Source: Polyangiales bacterium (GTDB taxonomy: Bacteria; Myxococcota_A; Polyangia; Polyangiales; Polyangiaceae). From it: 64,000 nt of DNA. Of the stretch, positions 46,484 through 56,081 are shown piece by piece; position 1 is the first letter of the stretch, and every line of letters starts with the position of its first letter. The stretch is taken from contig JBBRLQ010000011.1 of assembly GCA_038231275.1 (NCBI GenBank), positions 96,001-160,000 of the forward strand. Direction: 5' to 3'. The notes under the pieces are model-generated. The model saw only the letters and a list, made by a program, of their open reading frames with translations. It did no database searches and had not been told where the DNA came from. The position numbers and the translations under genes are program-made.

Positions 46484-48987
46484 CGAGCAGTACGATCGCG
46501 TGTCTGAAATCGGCGGAGGGGGTCGCGATTGCGCTGGCGGGGGTGAGCGTGAAGGCGGAGGTCCTCGCGGGGCACGCCGACGTGCGCGTGCGGCAGACGT
46601 ACAGGAACACCGAGGCGAGGCCGATCGAGGCCGTCTACACGTTCCCGCTGCCCAGCGACGCGACCCTCACCGCGTTCACGATGACGTGCGACGGCCGGAC
46701 GTGCGCGGGCGAGGTGAAGGAGCGTGAAGAGGCGTTCGCGGCGTACGACGACGCGCTCACCGCAGGGCACGGCGCGGCGCTGCTCGATCAGGAGCGGCCG
46801 AACGTGTTCACTGCGAGCGTCGGCAACCTCCTGCCCGGCGAAGAGACGGTGATCGAGATCGGCTACGTCCAGAAGGTGCAAGCCGACGAGGGGACGATCC
46901 GGTGGACCATCCCGACGCTCGTCGCCCCGCGGTACATCCCGGGCACGCCGCACGGTGATCGCACCGCGCACGGAGCCGCCGGTCCGACCGATCGCGTACC
47001 CGACGCCGATCGCATCTCGCCGCCCATCGGCGACGCGACGTACGGCGTCTCGCTCGATTTGCTCTTCGACGTGGGCGCTGCGGTCGAAGTGGCGAGCCCG
47101 TCGCACGACGTCGTGGTGACACGCGAGGGGAGCGTCACGCGCGTCACGTTCGCCCGCCGCGAGGTCGCGCTCGATCGCGACGTGGTCGTGACCGCACGCA
47201 GTGCCGGGAACGAGCCCTTCGCCGCGACGTTGTCGCACAAGGACGCGACGCACCCCGAGGAGCCCGGCGTCGTCGCACTGACCGTCGTTCCCGATTTGCT
47301 CGCCCTCGGCCAGAAGGCGGAGAGGCAGGAGGTCGTCTTCGTCGTCGACGTGAGCGGCTCGATGGACGGTACGTCGATCGAGCAGGCGCGGGCCGCGCTG
47401 ATGCTGTGCACGCGGCACCTCCGCGAGGGGGATCGCTTCAACGTGCTCGCCTTCAACGATTCGCTGACGCCGTTCCAGCCCAGCCTCGTGCCGTTCACGC
47501 AGGCGACGCTGGCGCAGGTCGACGGGTGGATCGGGCGCCTCGTCGCGAGCGGAGGGACCGAGATGCTCTTCCCGCTGCTCGAGGCGACGCGGCAGGCGCC
47601 GGGCGGCGTCATCGTGCTGCTGACGGACGGGCAGGTGGGGAACGAAGAAGAGATCCTGTCGGCGGTCCTCGCGCAGCGAGGCAAGGCGCGGTTCTACGCG
47701 TTCGGCATCGGCACGAACGTGAGCGACGTGCTGCTTCGTGGCCTCGCGAAGAAGACGGGCGGCGCGGTCGAGATGATCCACCCGGGAGAGCGCATCGACG
47801 ACAAGGTGGTCGCGCAGTTCGCGCGCGCGACCGCGGCGCGCGTGACCGGCGTGACGCTCTCGTTCGAGGGGATCGACGTCGGCGAGCTCGCGCCCGCGGA
47901 GCTGCCGCCGCTGGTGGACGGTGAGCCGTGGACGGTGTTCGGGCGGTTCGAGCAGACCGGGCGTGGCCGCGCGGTTTTGCGAGGGACGCTGCGCGGCGAG
48001 ACGTTCGCGCTCGATGTGCCCTGCGAGCTCGGCGCGTCCCCGCGGCCCGCGCTCGCGAAGCTCTGGGCCCGCGAGCGGATCGCCGATCTGGAAGGCGCGG
48101 ACATGCACGGGCGCCGCGCCGTCGCGAACAAGAGCCGTATCGTGAAGCTCGCCGTCACCCATCAGATCGCGAGCGCCTTCACGTCGTTCGTCGTCGTCGA
48201 GAAGCGCACCGGAGATCGTCGCGCGAGCGGCGTGCCGGAGACCCGCGTAGTCCCGGTCAACGCGCCGGCCGGGTGGAAGATGTTCTACACCGCGAGGGTC
48301 GACGCATCGCGCATGCGCAGCACGTCCCAAGGAGCGGCGCGGCCCATGGCGTCTATGCCGATGCCGATGGCCGCGCGCATGCCTCTCTCGCCCCCGTCGG
48401 CCGACGCGCCCGCGCCGGCTCGATCCGTCGCGCCCATGCCCGGTTCGGTGAGCCTGCGCGCGCCGGCGAGCCCGCCGCCGCCAGCGGCTCAGTACAAGAG
48501 CAAGATCGCAGCGCCTGCGGAAGACGAAGAGTACACCGCGCGCAGCATCGTGCTCGGACGCCTCGACGGGGCAGAGAGCGCAGCCGCCCCGCAGGATCCT
48601 GTCGTGGCGTTGCTCTCGCGGCAGCTCGCGTCCGGCCTGTGGGACGATCCGCAAGCGCCAGGCGCGGTCCCGCATCGCGAGGCGCGCGCGACGGCGCGGG
48701 CGCTGGTCACGCTGTGGAAGCAAGGCGTCACCACCGCGCACGCGGTGTACGGAGGCCAGGTGAAGAAGGCGGTCGAGGCGCTCATGGAGCGCGCCGTGCT
48801 CGTCGCGGCGACGGAGCCCAAGCTCGCCGAGCTCGCGCTGGCGATTTCGTGGCTCATCGCGGCGGGACCCCGGACGCGCGGCGCGGTCGAGCGGCTCGTC
48901 GGGGCAAACGCGGCGCTCGGCGCGCTCGTAGGGCGCTTCGACGAGGCGGGCCTTGGCGCCGACCTCGATCGATTGGCCACCGCGTAG
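46480..48987 (+). CDS. VIT and vWA domain protein
   Basis: QTY.N...PIEAVYTFPLP (VIT); DVSGSM, GGTE, LTDG (MIDAS); LWAR; TSFVVV. Confidence 0.92.
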   Translation: MTSSTIACLKSAEGVAIALAGVSVKAEVLAGHADVRVRQTYRNTEARPIEAVYTFPLPSDATLTAFTMTCDGRTCAGEVKEREEAFAAYDDALTAGHGAALLDQERPNVFTASVGNLLPGEETVIEIGYVQKVQADEGTIRWTIPTLVAPRYIPGTPHGDRTAHGAAGPTDRVPDADRISPPIGDATYGVSLDLLFDVGAAVEVASPSHDVVVTREGSVTRVTFARREVALDRDVVVTARSAGNEPFAATLSHKDATHPEEPGVVALTVVPDLLALGQKAERQEVVFVVDVSGSMDGTSIEQARAALMLCTRHLREGDRFNVLAFNDSLTPFQPSLVPFTQATLAQVDGWIGRLVASGGTEMLFPLLEATRQAPGGVIVLLTDGQVGNEEEILSAVLAQRGKARFYAFGIGTNVSDVLLRGLAKKTGGAVEMIHPGERIDDKVVAQFARATAARVTGVTLSFEGIDVGELAPAELPPLVDGEPWTVFGRFEQTGRGRAVLRGTLRGETFALDVPCELGASPRPALAKLWARERIADLEGADMHGRRAVANKSRIVKLAVTHQIASAFTSFVVVEKRTGDRRASGVPETRVVPVNAPAGWKMFYTARVDASRMRSTSQGAARPMASMPMPMAARMPLSPPSADAPAPARSVAPMPGSVSLRAPASPPPPAAQYKSKIAAPAEDEEYTARSIVLGRLDGAESAAAPQDPVVALLSRQLASGLWDDPQAPGAVPHREARATARALVTLWKQGVTTAHAVYGGQVKKAVEALMERAVLVAATEPKLAELALAISWLIAAGPRTRGAVERLVGANAALGALVGRFDEAGLGADLDRLATA

Positions 48988-49008
48988 GGTCGAGGGTAGA
49001 GTCGCGCG

Positions 49009-49881
49009 GTGCTCGCCGCGATGGTGCTCTCTGCGGGGCTCGGGACGCGAATGCGTCCTCTCACCGACTGGCGCGCGAAGCCGCTCGCGCCGGTCGGTGA
49101 TCGCGCCGCGCTGGCGCACGTGATCGACGCGCTCGCCGCCGCGGGGGTCACGCGCATCGTAGCGAACGCGCACCACCACGCCGCCGACATGCGCGCGTTC
49201 GCCGTGAGGGACGGGCGGTTCGCCGTGAGCGAGGAGCTCGATCTCCTCGGCACCGCGGGCGGCGTTCACCACGCGCGCAGCCTCCTCGGCGACGGAGACG
49301 TCCTCGTCTGGAACGGCGACATCCTCGCGACGGTCGATGTCGCGGAGCTCCTCCGCGCTCACCGCGCCGACGCGACGCTCCTCGTGCGCATGGGAAAGAC
49401 CGGCACCGGAAACGTCGGGGTCGACGAGGGCGGGCGCGTGGTGAGGCTTCGGCGCGAGACGGTCGCCCCAGGCGAGGTGCAAGGGGGCGAGTTCCTCGGC
49501 GTGCACATCGTCGGTCGCGCGCTCGTTCGACGGCTACCGGAGCGAGGGTGCCTCGTAGGCGACGTGTATCTCCCGGCGATGCGCTCAGGCGCGCGCCTCG
49601 AGGCCGCTCCGTTCGCGGGCACGTTCTGGGACATCGGGACCGTCAGCGCGTACGTCGACGCGAACCTCGCGTGGCTCGCCGAACGCGGGCTCACCTCGTG
49701 GGTCGCGGATGGCGCACGCGTCGCGGACGGCGTGGAGCTCGACGGCGCGCTCGTCCACGCAGGCGCCCGCATCACGGGTCACGGTCGCCTGAGGCGTTCC
49801 ATCGTGTGGGACGACGCGACGTGCGAGGCGCCCGCAGACGGCGTCGTCGTCGCGAAGGAAGGCCGCGCCGTCGTCCCGTGA
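49009..49881 (+). CDS. NDP-sugar nucleotidyltransferase family (MurU/GMPP-like)
   Basis: AMVLSAGLGTRMRPLT...KPL, GTAGG, NGD, WDIGT. Confidence 0.9.
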   Translation: MLAAMVLSAGLGTRMRPLTDWRAKPLAPVGDRAALAHVIDALAAAGVTRIVANAHHHAADMRAFAVRDGRFAVSEELDLLGTAGGVHHARSLLGDGDVLVWNGDILATVDVAELLRAHRADATLLVRMGKTGTGNVGVDEGGRVVRLRRETVAPGEVQGGEFLGVHIVGRALVRRLPERGCLVGDVYLPAMRSGARLEAAPFAGTFWDIGTVSAYVDANLAWLAERGLTSWVADGARVADGVELDGALVHAGARITGHGRLRRSIVWDDATCEAPADGVVVAKEGRAVVP

Positions 49882-49887
49882 TTTTCT

Positions 49888-51195
49888 CTACGGGATGAAC
49901 TGCTCCATCGTCGCGCTCCCGCCGACGATCGCGATAGCTCCAGTCGGCAGCCGGATCGCGCGCGCGCCGCGGCGGGGGATGCGGAGCGGGATCTCTTTCA
50001 CGACCGCGCCGTCCCACGTGAAGGCGCAGCTCGGGCCGTCCTCGGCGACGACCAGCGCGGTCTTGGCGTCGAGCGCAAGGACGTCGAGGTGCTTGGCGGA
50101 GCAGGGGAGGCTGGCGGTGACGGCAGTGATCGCGGGATCGGGATGCGCGAGATCCAGCGTCAGAAACGAGCCCATCGTGCCGGTCGCCCACGCGAAGAGG
50201 ACACGATCGCCGTCGAGCGCGGCGCCTGCCGAGCCGGTCACGTTCATCGCCGGGAACGCGGCCACCGTCGTCGACGTCGCGCCGGGCGCAAGGATCTCGA
50301 CGGCCGGTGCCTTCCCGTCGCCGCCGAAGACGACGAGCCCGCGCCCCGCGACGTACGCGGCGCCTGCCCCCACGCGCGGGTTCGCGATCGACGCGAACGC
50401 GAGCGCGCCGTTCACGTCGAGGCTGAGGAGCTTTTCCGACGTTCCGCCGGTCCGCGTCGGACCCACGACGTACGCTGTGCCGTCCGGGCCCATCACCGTT
50501 GCGCCGCCGACCACGTCCGCGAACGATGCGCCGGCAGGCGGCGTCAGGTTCCCTGTCGAGGAGTCGCCGAGGTTCAGGTAGCTCGCACCTTGCTCGTCGA
50601 TGGCGACGGCGTACGTGTACGCGACGGCGAGCGAGCGGGGAACGCGCGGCAACGTCGGCGTCGACGCGAGGGTCTTGTACCCGAGCAAATCGTAGATCCC
50701 CGTCGCGCGCGCCTGTGCGGGGTCGCTGCCGCCCGAGAGAAAGAGGTACTGGCTCGACGCGATCGCAAGCAGCGGCGCCTCGCGCGCGTCGACGAGGGTG
50801 CCCGGCATGCGCGCCGCTTCGCCGTTTCGCTGGACGAAGACCTGGAGCGTGCCACCCGCGATCGACGCGAACGAAATCGGCAGCGTGGCCCCCCATACGC
50901 GCGGCGCCCCGGTCCCGTCCTTCCCGGTGATCCGAACGCTGCCGTTCTTGTCGGCGGAGAGGTTCCCGAGATCGGCGTGATCGGTCGGCAAGGTAACGGT
51001 GGCCAGCGTGCTCGCCCCGCCGTCGAGATCGAGCGCCTCCACGACCAGGCTCGTGGGGGCGGGCCCGCGAGTGAGGGCGTCGGCCTCACCGCCGAGGGTG
51101 ATGGCGATCGTGGCGTCTTGTGTGCTGCTCGAGCAGGCCGCCGCCACGAGCGCGGCGAGCCCGACGGCGGAGACGCAAGGCAGCGGCGAGCGCAC
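49888..51195 (-). CDS. Lipoprotein with Kelch-like beta-propeller
   Basis: Lipobox AAAC after GTG 51195; repeated PR..A......VFGG/IVGG motifs. Confidence 0.75.
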   Translation of the reverse strand: MRSPLPCVSAVGLAALVAAACSSSTQDATIAITLGGEADALTRGPAPTSLVVEALDLDGGASTLATVTLPTDHADLGNLSADKNGSVRITGKDGTGAPRVWGATLPISFASIAGGTLQVFVQRNGEAARMPGTLVDAREAPLLAIASSQYLFLSGGSDPAQARATGIYDLLGYKTLASTPTLPRVPRSLAVAYTYAVAIDEQGASYLNLGDSSTGNLTPPAGASFADVVGGATVMGPDGTAYVVGPTRTGGTSEKLLSLDVNGALAFASIANPRVGAGAAYVAGRGLVVFGGDGKAPAVEILAPGATSTTVAAFPAMNVTGSAGAALDGDRVLFAWATGTMGSFLTLDLAHPDPAITAVTASLPCSAKHLDVLALDAKTALVVAEDGPSCAFTWDGAVVKEIPLRIPRRGARAIRLPTGAIAIVGGSATMEQFIP

Positions 51196-51240
51196 GCCCA
51201 GGGTGTAGCAAACGGGGAGCGGCAGGTGTAGGAAACCCGC

Positions 51241-52596
51241 GTGACCGTTCGAGAGATCCCGGCCCCGCCCGACGTGTTCGCGCTCGCGCGCCGCGTGGCG
51301 GATCGTCCCGGCCTCGCCGTCCTCGCGAGCGATCGCCGCGGCGCGCTTCGTGACGAGGACGCGCGCTTCGGGTTCGTTGCCTGCGATCCTGTCGACGTCA
51401 GCGACGCGTGGGTCCCCGAGGTCGGCTCGCCGGACGCGCTCGGATGGGCGGGCTTCCCGAGCGCGCCGCGATGGATCGGCGCGATCCCGTACGAGGCGGG
51501 ACGCGGCCTCGAGCGCGCGGCGTGGCGTCCCGCAGAGACGCGCCCAGCGCCGCCGATGGTTCGGCCGCGATGGCACCGGTATGACGCGGTCGCGCGCGTC
51601 GACGCATTGACCGGCGCGGTCGCGATCGAGGCCGACTCGTCCTCGGCGGCCGATCGTCTCGCGCGCCAGCTCGCGCGGTCGCCTACGCGCGCGTCCGTGC
51701 CGTCGCTCCACGTCGAACGCGAAGACGACGCACAGACCGGCGCCGCACACGTCGCGCGCGTGCGCGAGATCCTGCGCCTCATCGGTGAAGGGGATGTCTA
51801 CCAGGTGAACCTCGCGCGCTGCGTCGCGCTGCGGGCCGTCGGTGCGCCGCTCGACGTCTTCGCGTTTCTCTTTAGAGGTGCACCTTCTCCTTACGGCTTC
51901 TTTGTAGATTTCGGCGAGCTCTCGGTCTGCGGAACCAGTCCGGAGCTCGCCCTCGAGGTCCGCGGCGATTGTCTACGGACCGCGCCGATCAAGGGGACCC
52001 GCCCGCGCGGCGCCGACGCCGAGCCCGACGCTTCGCTCGCGCGCGAGCTCGATCGCGATCCGAAGGAGCGCGCCGAGCTCACCATGGCGATCGACCTTCA
52101 TCGCAACGATCTCGGCAAGGTCGCGACGTTGGGATCGGTCCGTCTCCTCGCCGCGCCGCGCGTGATGGGCGGCGCGACGGTGTGGAGCCGCGTCGCCGAG
52201 ATCGTCGCGCGTCGTGCTCCTGGCACGTCCCTCGACACGATCGCGCGCGCGATGATCCCGTGCGGGAGCGTCACCGGCGCGCCGAAGATCCGCGCCATGG
52301 AAATCATCGCGACCCTCGAGCCCTTCCGACGCGGTCTCTACACCGGAACCTGCGGCTACGTCGGACGCGACGGCGCGCTCGTCCTCGCGATGGCGATCCG
52401 CACGCTCGAGATCGAGACCGGCGGCCGCGCGCGCTATTGCACGGGCGGCGGCATCGTCGAGGGCAGCGATCCGCGGCGCGAGCTGGAAGAGACGCGCTGG
52501 AAGGCCGCGCAGCTCGACCGCCTCATCGCGGGAAGCCCCAAAGACGGTGCGAAAGTTGGCCGAGGGGTGGAGGTGGGAGTAGCGGTCGAGGGGTAG
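51241..52596 (+). CDS. Chorismate-binding enzyme, PabB/TrpE family (likely aminodeoxychorismate synthase component I)
   Basis: GDVYQVNL, SPE, PIKGTRPRG, KERAEL.M..DL.RNDL, GSVTGAPK, IRT, GGGIV. Confidence 0.92.
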   Translation: MTVREIPAPPDVFALARRVADRPGLAVLASDRRGALRDEDARFGFVACDPVDVSDAWVPEVGSPDALGWAGFPSAPRWIGAIPYEAGRGLERAAWRPAETRPAPPMVRPRWHRYDAVARVDALTGAVAIEADSSSAADRLARQLARSPTRASVPSLHVEREDDAQTGAAHVARVREILRLIGEGDVYQVNLARCVALRAVGAPLDVFAFLFRGAPSPYGFFVDFGELSVCGTSPELALEVRGDCLRTAPIKGTRPRGADAEPDASLARELDRDPKERAELTMAIDLHRNDLGKVATLGSVRLLAAPRVMGGATVWSRVAEIVARRAPGTSLDTIARAMIPCGSVTGAPKIRAMEIIATLEPFRRGLYTGTCGYVGRDGALVLAMAIRTLEIETGGRARYCTGGGIVEGSDPRRELEETRWKAAQLDRLIAGSPKDGAKVGRGVEVGVAVEG

Positions 52597-52606
52597 GAGC
52601 CAGTGG

Positions 52607-53449
52607 ATGATGGACCAAGGCGCAGTCCGGAACCTCGAGCAGATCCAGGAGACCGACGAACAACCGCGGACGCCGCGCATCGTGAGCGTCGCGCTCGTGG
52701 TGCTCTGTGGCGCGTGCGTGACGTTCGGCGCGCTCGCGTTGAAGGGGCGCACCGCGGCGCCGCAGACGACGAAGGTCGATCCCCTCGGCGACCTCGTCGC
52801 CGCGCACAAAGGGGCCGCCGCCGGCGCTGCCGCGAAGGCGACCGATCTGCAGCCGAAGGACGTGACCTTCCCAGCAATGCTCAGCGACGATCAATCGCCG
52901 ACCACGGCGCTCGCCGCCGTCAAGGGTGGGCAGAAGCCCAACGCGCAAGCGCCGATGATCTCGCCGCAGATCGCCGCCGCCATGCCGCCGTCGACGCCCG
53001 ACACGGTGTCGATCGGTCAGGTCGTCGTGCCGCCGCCGCCTCCCACCGATCGACTGCCCGTCGTCCCGCTCCCCGCGCAGAACGTCCTCGAGGCGTCGCC
53101 GATCGTCACGCGTCCGCGCGACTCGCTCACGCGCGCCGCGACCGATCAGGGACAGATCACCACCGCGGCGGCTCCGTCGGCGCCGTCCGGCCACGAGGGC
53201 GGCTACCAGCTCCAGGTGAGCTCGTTCCGCACGCAGGCCGAGGCGAACCAGTTTGCCGATCAGCTCCGCGCGCGCAGCCACAAGGCGTACGTCGTCGAGG
53301 CGCACGTCGCGGGTCGCGGCACATGGTACCGCGTGCGCGTCGGTCCGTTCGCGTCGAAGCAGGCCGCCGCCGCGTACCGCTCCTCCTTCGAAACGCGCGA
53401 GCACGTCGTACCTTTTATCGTCCTGCCGCACGGCGAGACCGAGCACTGA
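52607..53449 (+). CDS. SPOR domain cell-division protein (FtsN/DedD-like)
   Basis: N-terminal TM, Pro-rich linker, YQLQVSSF...WYRVRVGPF. Confidence 0.88.
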   Translation: MMDQGAVRNLEQIQETDEQPRTPRIVSVALVVLCGACVTFGALALKGRTAAPQTTKVDPLGDLVAAHKGAAAGAAAKATDLQPKDVTFPAMLSDDQSPTTALAAVKGGQKPNAQAPMISPQIAAAMPPSTPDTVSIGQVVVPPPPPTDRLPVVPLPAQNVLEASPIVTRPRDSLTRAATDQGQITTAAAPSAPSGHEGGYQLQVSSFRTQAEANQFADQLRARSHKAYVVEAHVAGRGTWYRVRVGPFASKQAAAAYRSSFETREHVVPFIVLPHGETEH

Positions 53450-53764
53450 CGCCACCACGTCCACGCCGCCACCTCGGCGCGGGTCCCACGGATGGGGTCC
53501 TTGGCGGAGGCAGCGTGAGCCCGTCGGAGCTCGACGCGCTCGAGCCATTCGTTCGATCGCCATGAGACGCACGCCCTGATCGCGATGTCGCGGGCGTCGC
53601 CCGTCGCACCTCTGCGCACGTTCGAGAAGTGCCGTTGGAATCGTCAAGGATCTGGCGCACGACTCGCCGCGTCGCGCGCGCTCATTGCGAGAATTTTGCG
53701 ACGTGCTGCAGCAATCGTGCGGCTCTGCTCGCGCGCGCGCGGCCGATGTGGCAAATATTAAGCA

Positions 53765-53935
53765 ATGCTCGATTCGATCCGGAACGTGCTTCCGTTGTGG
53801 GCCGCCGCGCTCGTCCTTGCTGCCGCCGCGCCGTGGCTCGTGCGCGCCTTTGCCGATGCGATGGAGCGCCGTGTTCGACATCGAGCCGTGCGCATCGTGG
53901 CAGGCGCGACCGCGCGCCGAAGGCCGCGCCCTTGA
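53765..53935 (+). CDS. Putative 56 aa single-TM protein (absent from the ORF track)
   Basis: MLDSIRNVLPLWAAALVLAAAAPWLVRAFADAMERRVRHRAVRIVAGATARRRPRP*; AT-rich patch just upstream. Confidence 0.5.
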   Translation: MLDSIRNVLPLWAAALVLAAAAPWLVRAFADAMERRVRHRAVRIVAGATARRRPRP

Positions 53936-54097
53936 TGCTGCCGCGCGCAGCCCTATTGGTATGGACGGTGCACTGATCCGGTGAGGGCGGCACCCCGCCC
54001 GCGAAGGACATGCGAGAAGGTACGACCGACCTTCACGCAAAAGTAGCTCCCCCGAGCGTCGCGTACGTAGTCTCTCAAGGAGAGCGAGAAGGACCAC

Positions 54098-54958
54098 ATG
54101 GCACGTCTATTCGGGCTCATTGGCAACCGGGCGGACCTCGCGGGTCGCGTGCTCGGATCCGAGGCGGAGGCGCTCCGCGTGCGGACGCGCCCGGGCACGC
54201 AGCTCGGCTGGGGCGTCGGCTTTTACCAAGGAGGCGAGGTGCTCATGCGCCGCCGCCCGATCGACGGGGACGAGGTCGACGTCGCCAAGATCGCCACCGA
54301 CGTCCGCGCCGACGTGCTCATCGGTCACGTTCGCTCCGCCACAGTCGGCACGCTGCGCACCGAGAACACGCACCCGTTCCGCTCGCGCCAGTGGCTCTTC
54401 GCGCAGACCGGCACCGTCTCCGAGTTCGACGCCGTCCGCGATCGCCTCGTGCAGAGCGTCCCCGAGTTCTTGCGCGGCGGCATCCGCGGCGAGACCGACA
54501 GCGAGATCTTCTTCCACGTGTTCCTCTCGTTCCTCCACGACGCCGGTCGCCTGAACGACATCGTCGTCGAGCCGCCGGTCATCATCGAGGCGCTGCGCTC
54601 GTCGCTCGCCGTCGTCGACGGCATGAGCGCGGAGGTCGGTGGCAAGGCGAGCGAGGTGAACATCCTCGTCACCAACGGCGACACGATCGTGTGCCTCCAC
54701 CGCGGTCGGCCGATGGCGTACCGCCTCTTCAGCGGCAAGGGCGACGCCGAGCAGATCATCGGCGACGACGCGCAGCTGCGCCGCAAGACCCCTGAGCTGT
54801 CGCAGATGCACTTCGTGCTCGTGGCGAGCGACTTCGACAACGAGACGACGAGCGGATCGATGCGCGCGGAGGCACAGCCGACGCGGTGGAAGAACGTGGG
54901 CGATCGTTCGATCGTGATCCTGGCGCGTGGTACGGATCCGCAAATCGAAGCGCTCTGA
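54098..54958 (+). CDS. Class II glutamine amidotransferase family (YafJ/EgtC-like), catalytic Cys absent
   Basis: GWGVGFY, IGHVR.ATVG, ENTHPF, GETDSE; begins MARLFG rather than MCRLFG. Confidence 0.85.
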   Translation: MARLFGLIGNRADLAGRVLGSEAEALRVRTRPGTQLGWGVGFYQGGEVLMRRRPIDGDEVDVAKIATDVRADVLIGHVRSATVGTLRTENTHPFRSRQWLFAQTGTVSEFDAVRDRLVQSVPEFLRGGIRGETDSEIFFHVFLSFLHDAGRLNDIVVEPPVIIEALRSSLAVVDGMSAEVGGKASEVNILVTNGDTIVCLHRGRPMAYRLFSGKGDAEQIIGDDAQLRRKTPELSQMHFVLVASDFDNETTSGSMRAEAQPTRWKNVGDRSIVILARGTDPQIEAL

Positions 54959-55583
54959 GGCGTTCGCGCTCTGCGTGATCGCCGCGATCTGTGGGGGCAG
55001 CCTCGTCGCGTGCCCCGCGCCGGCGCCGCCGCCCGAGTCGCCGGTGGACGTGCCTCCCGCGGTGCGTCACCCCGACGGCGTCCTGATCGAGCCGCCCGCG
55101 CCGCTCCCCACCGCCGCCGATCGCGCAGAGGCCCGGGGCGTCGTCGCGCTCCGTGAACCGCTCCCCGACGAGGCGGTGCAGTCGGTGGTCACGCAGTTTC
55201 TCCGCGGGTGGACGACGGAGAGCCTCGACGCGCTGGACCAGCTCCTCACGGTCGACGCCGTGTCCCTCGACGCCGCGCACCACACGCGCGCGCAGCTCCG
55301 TGAGGCGTGGCGCACGCGGATGCAGAACCTCGACTTCAAGCGCCTCGCCGGAGTGCAGGTTGCGCGCCTGGATCGCATCGAGCGCTTCGAGTTCGCCGAC
55401 CTCGGAATCCCCGGCGCGCCGCCGCGTCCGACGGAGATGCGCCACGGCGACGTGCTCGTGCGCGTCCCCATCGCGACGCCGCGCGTGGGCGCGGAGCAGC
55501 TCTTCCCTGACGTGCTGGTGCTGCTTTTGCGACGGGAGGAGTCGCGGTATCGAGTCGCGGGCGTCGGCGAAAACGGAACTTAG
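54927..55583 (+). CDS. Hypothetical lipoprotein, NTF2-like (start uncertain)
   Basis: Lipobox LVAC then Pro-rich linker; helix plus beta C-terminus. Confidence 0.65.
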   Translation: MVRIRKSKRSEAFALCVIAAICGGSLVACPAPAPPPESPVDVPPAVRHPDGVLIEPPAPLPTAADRAEARGVVALREPLPDEAVQSVVTQFLRGWTTESLDALDQLLTVDAVSLDAAHHTRAQLREAWRTRMQNLDFKRLAGVQVARLDRIERFEFADLGIPGAPPRPTEMRHGDVLVRVPIATPRVGAEQLFPDVLVLLLRREESRYRVAGVGENGT

Positions 55584-55975
55584 GTGCGCGCGACGTCGCG
55601 CCGTGAGCCGATGCGCCAGCGAAAATACGACCACACGGCGTTGAATCCGCCGAAGACGAGCACGAGCGCCCAGCCGATGAGCGGCCCGCCCTCCAGCTGA
55701 GACCACAAGAGGCCGACCGTCGCGAACGCCGACCAGATGATCTTGAGGTTCAGCGTGGCGCGGAACGCATCCACACCCTCATTTCGTCCTAGGAGTGACT
55801 GGATTCCGATCCCGAAGAGCGCGGCCGCTACCAGCCGCGTCGCGAGCGGATCGACCGACGACCACCCGAGGAAGCCGAGAAACGCGCGCGGCGCGAAAAA
55901 GAGCGGCACGGCGAACGCGACGTCGGCGACGAAGTGAACGACGAACCAAGTCCTGAGCGCCTTCGGAGGTTGCAT
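55580..55975 (-). CDS. Four-TM membrane protein
   Basis: LRTWFVVHF..D...AVPL, DP...RLVAAAL, LKIIWS. Confidence 0.8.
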   Translation of the reverse strand: MQPPKALRTWFVVHFVADVAFAVPLFFAPRAFLGFLGWSSVDPLATRLVAAALFGIGIQSLLGRNEGVDAFRATLNLKIIWSAFATVGLLWSQLEGGPLIGWALVLVFGGFNAVWSYFRWRIGSRRDVART

Positions 55976-56081
55976 ACGTAGGGCGCGCCTTTTGCCGCGA
56001 CGGTCCAGCCTACACCGCGGAGTCGCGATCGCGATCCCTGAACGCGACGCCACGGCTTGGCGCGGAGCAGCCGATTCTGGC

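Noticed and set aside
53653..53667. sigma54-like TGGCGC-N5-TCGC
   Set aside because: Two mismatches to consensus, and GG-N10-GC is common at this GC content.
54060..54095. Glycine riboswitch-like words (CTCTC, GGAGAG, GAAGG)
   Set aside because: Order and spacing do not match the aptamer.
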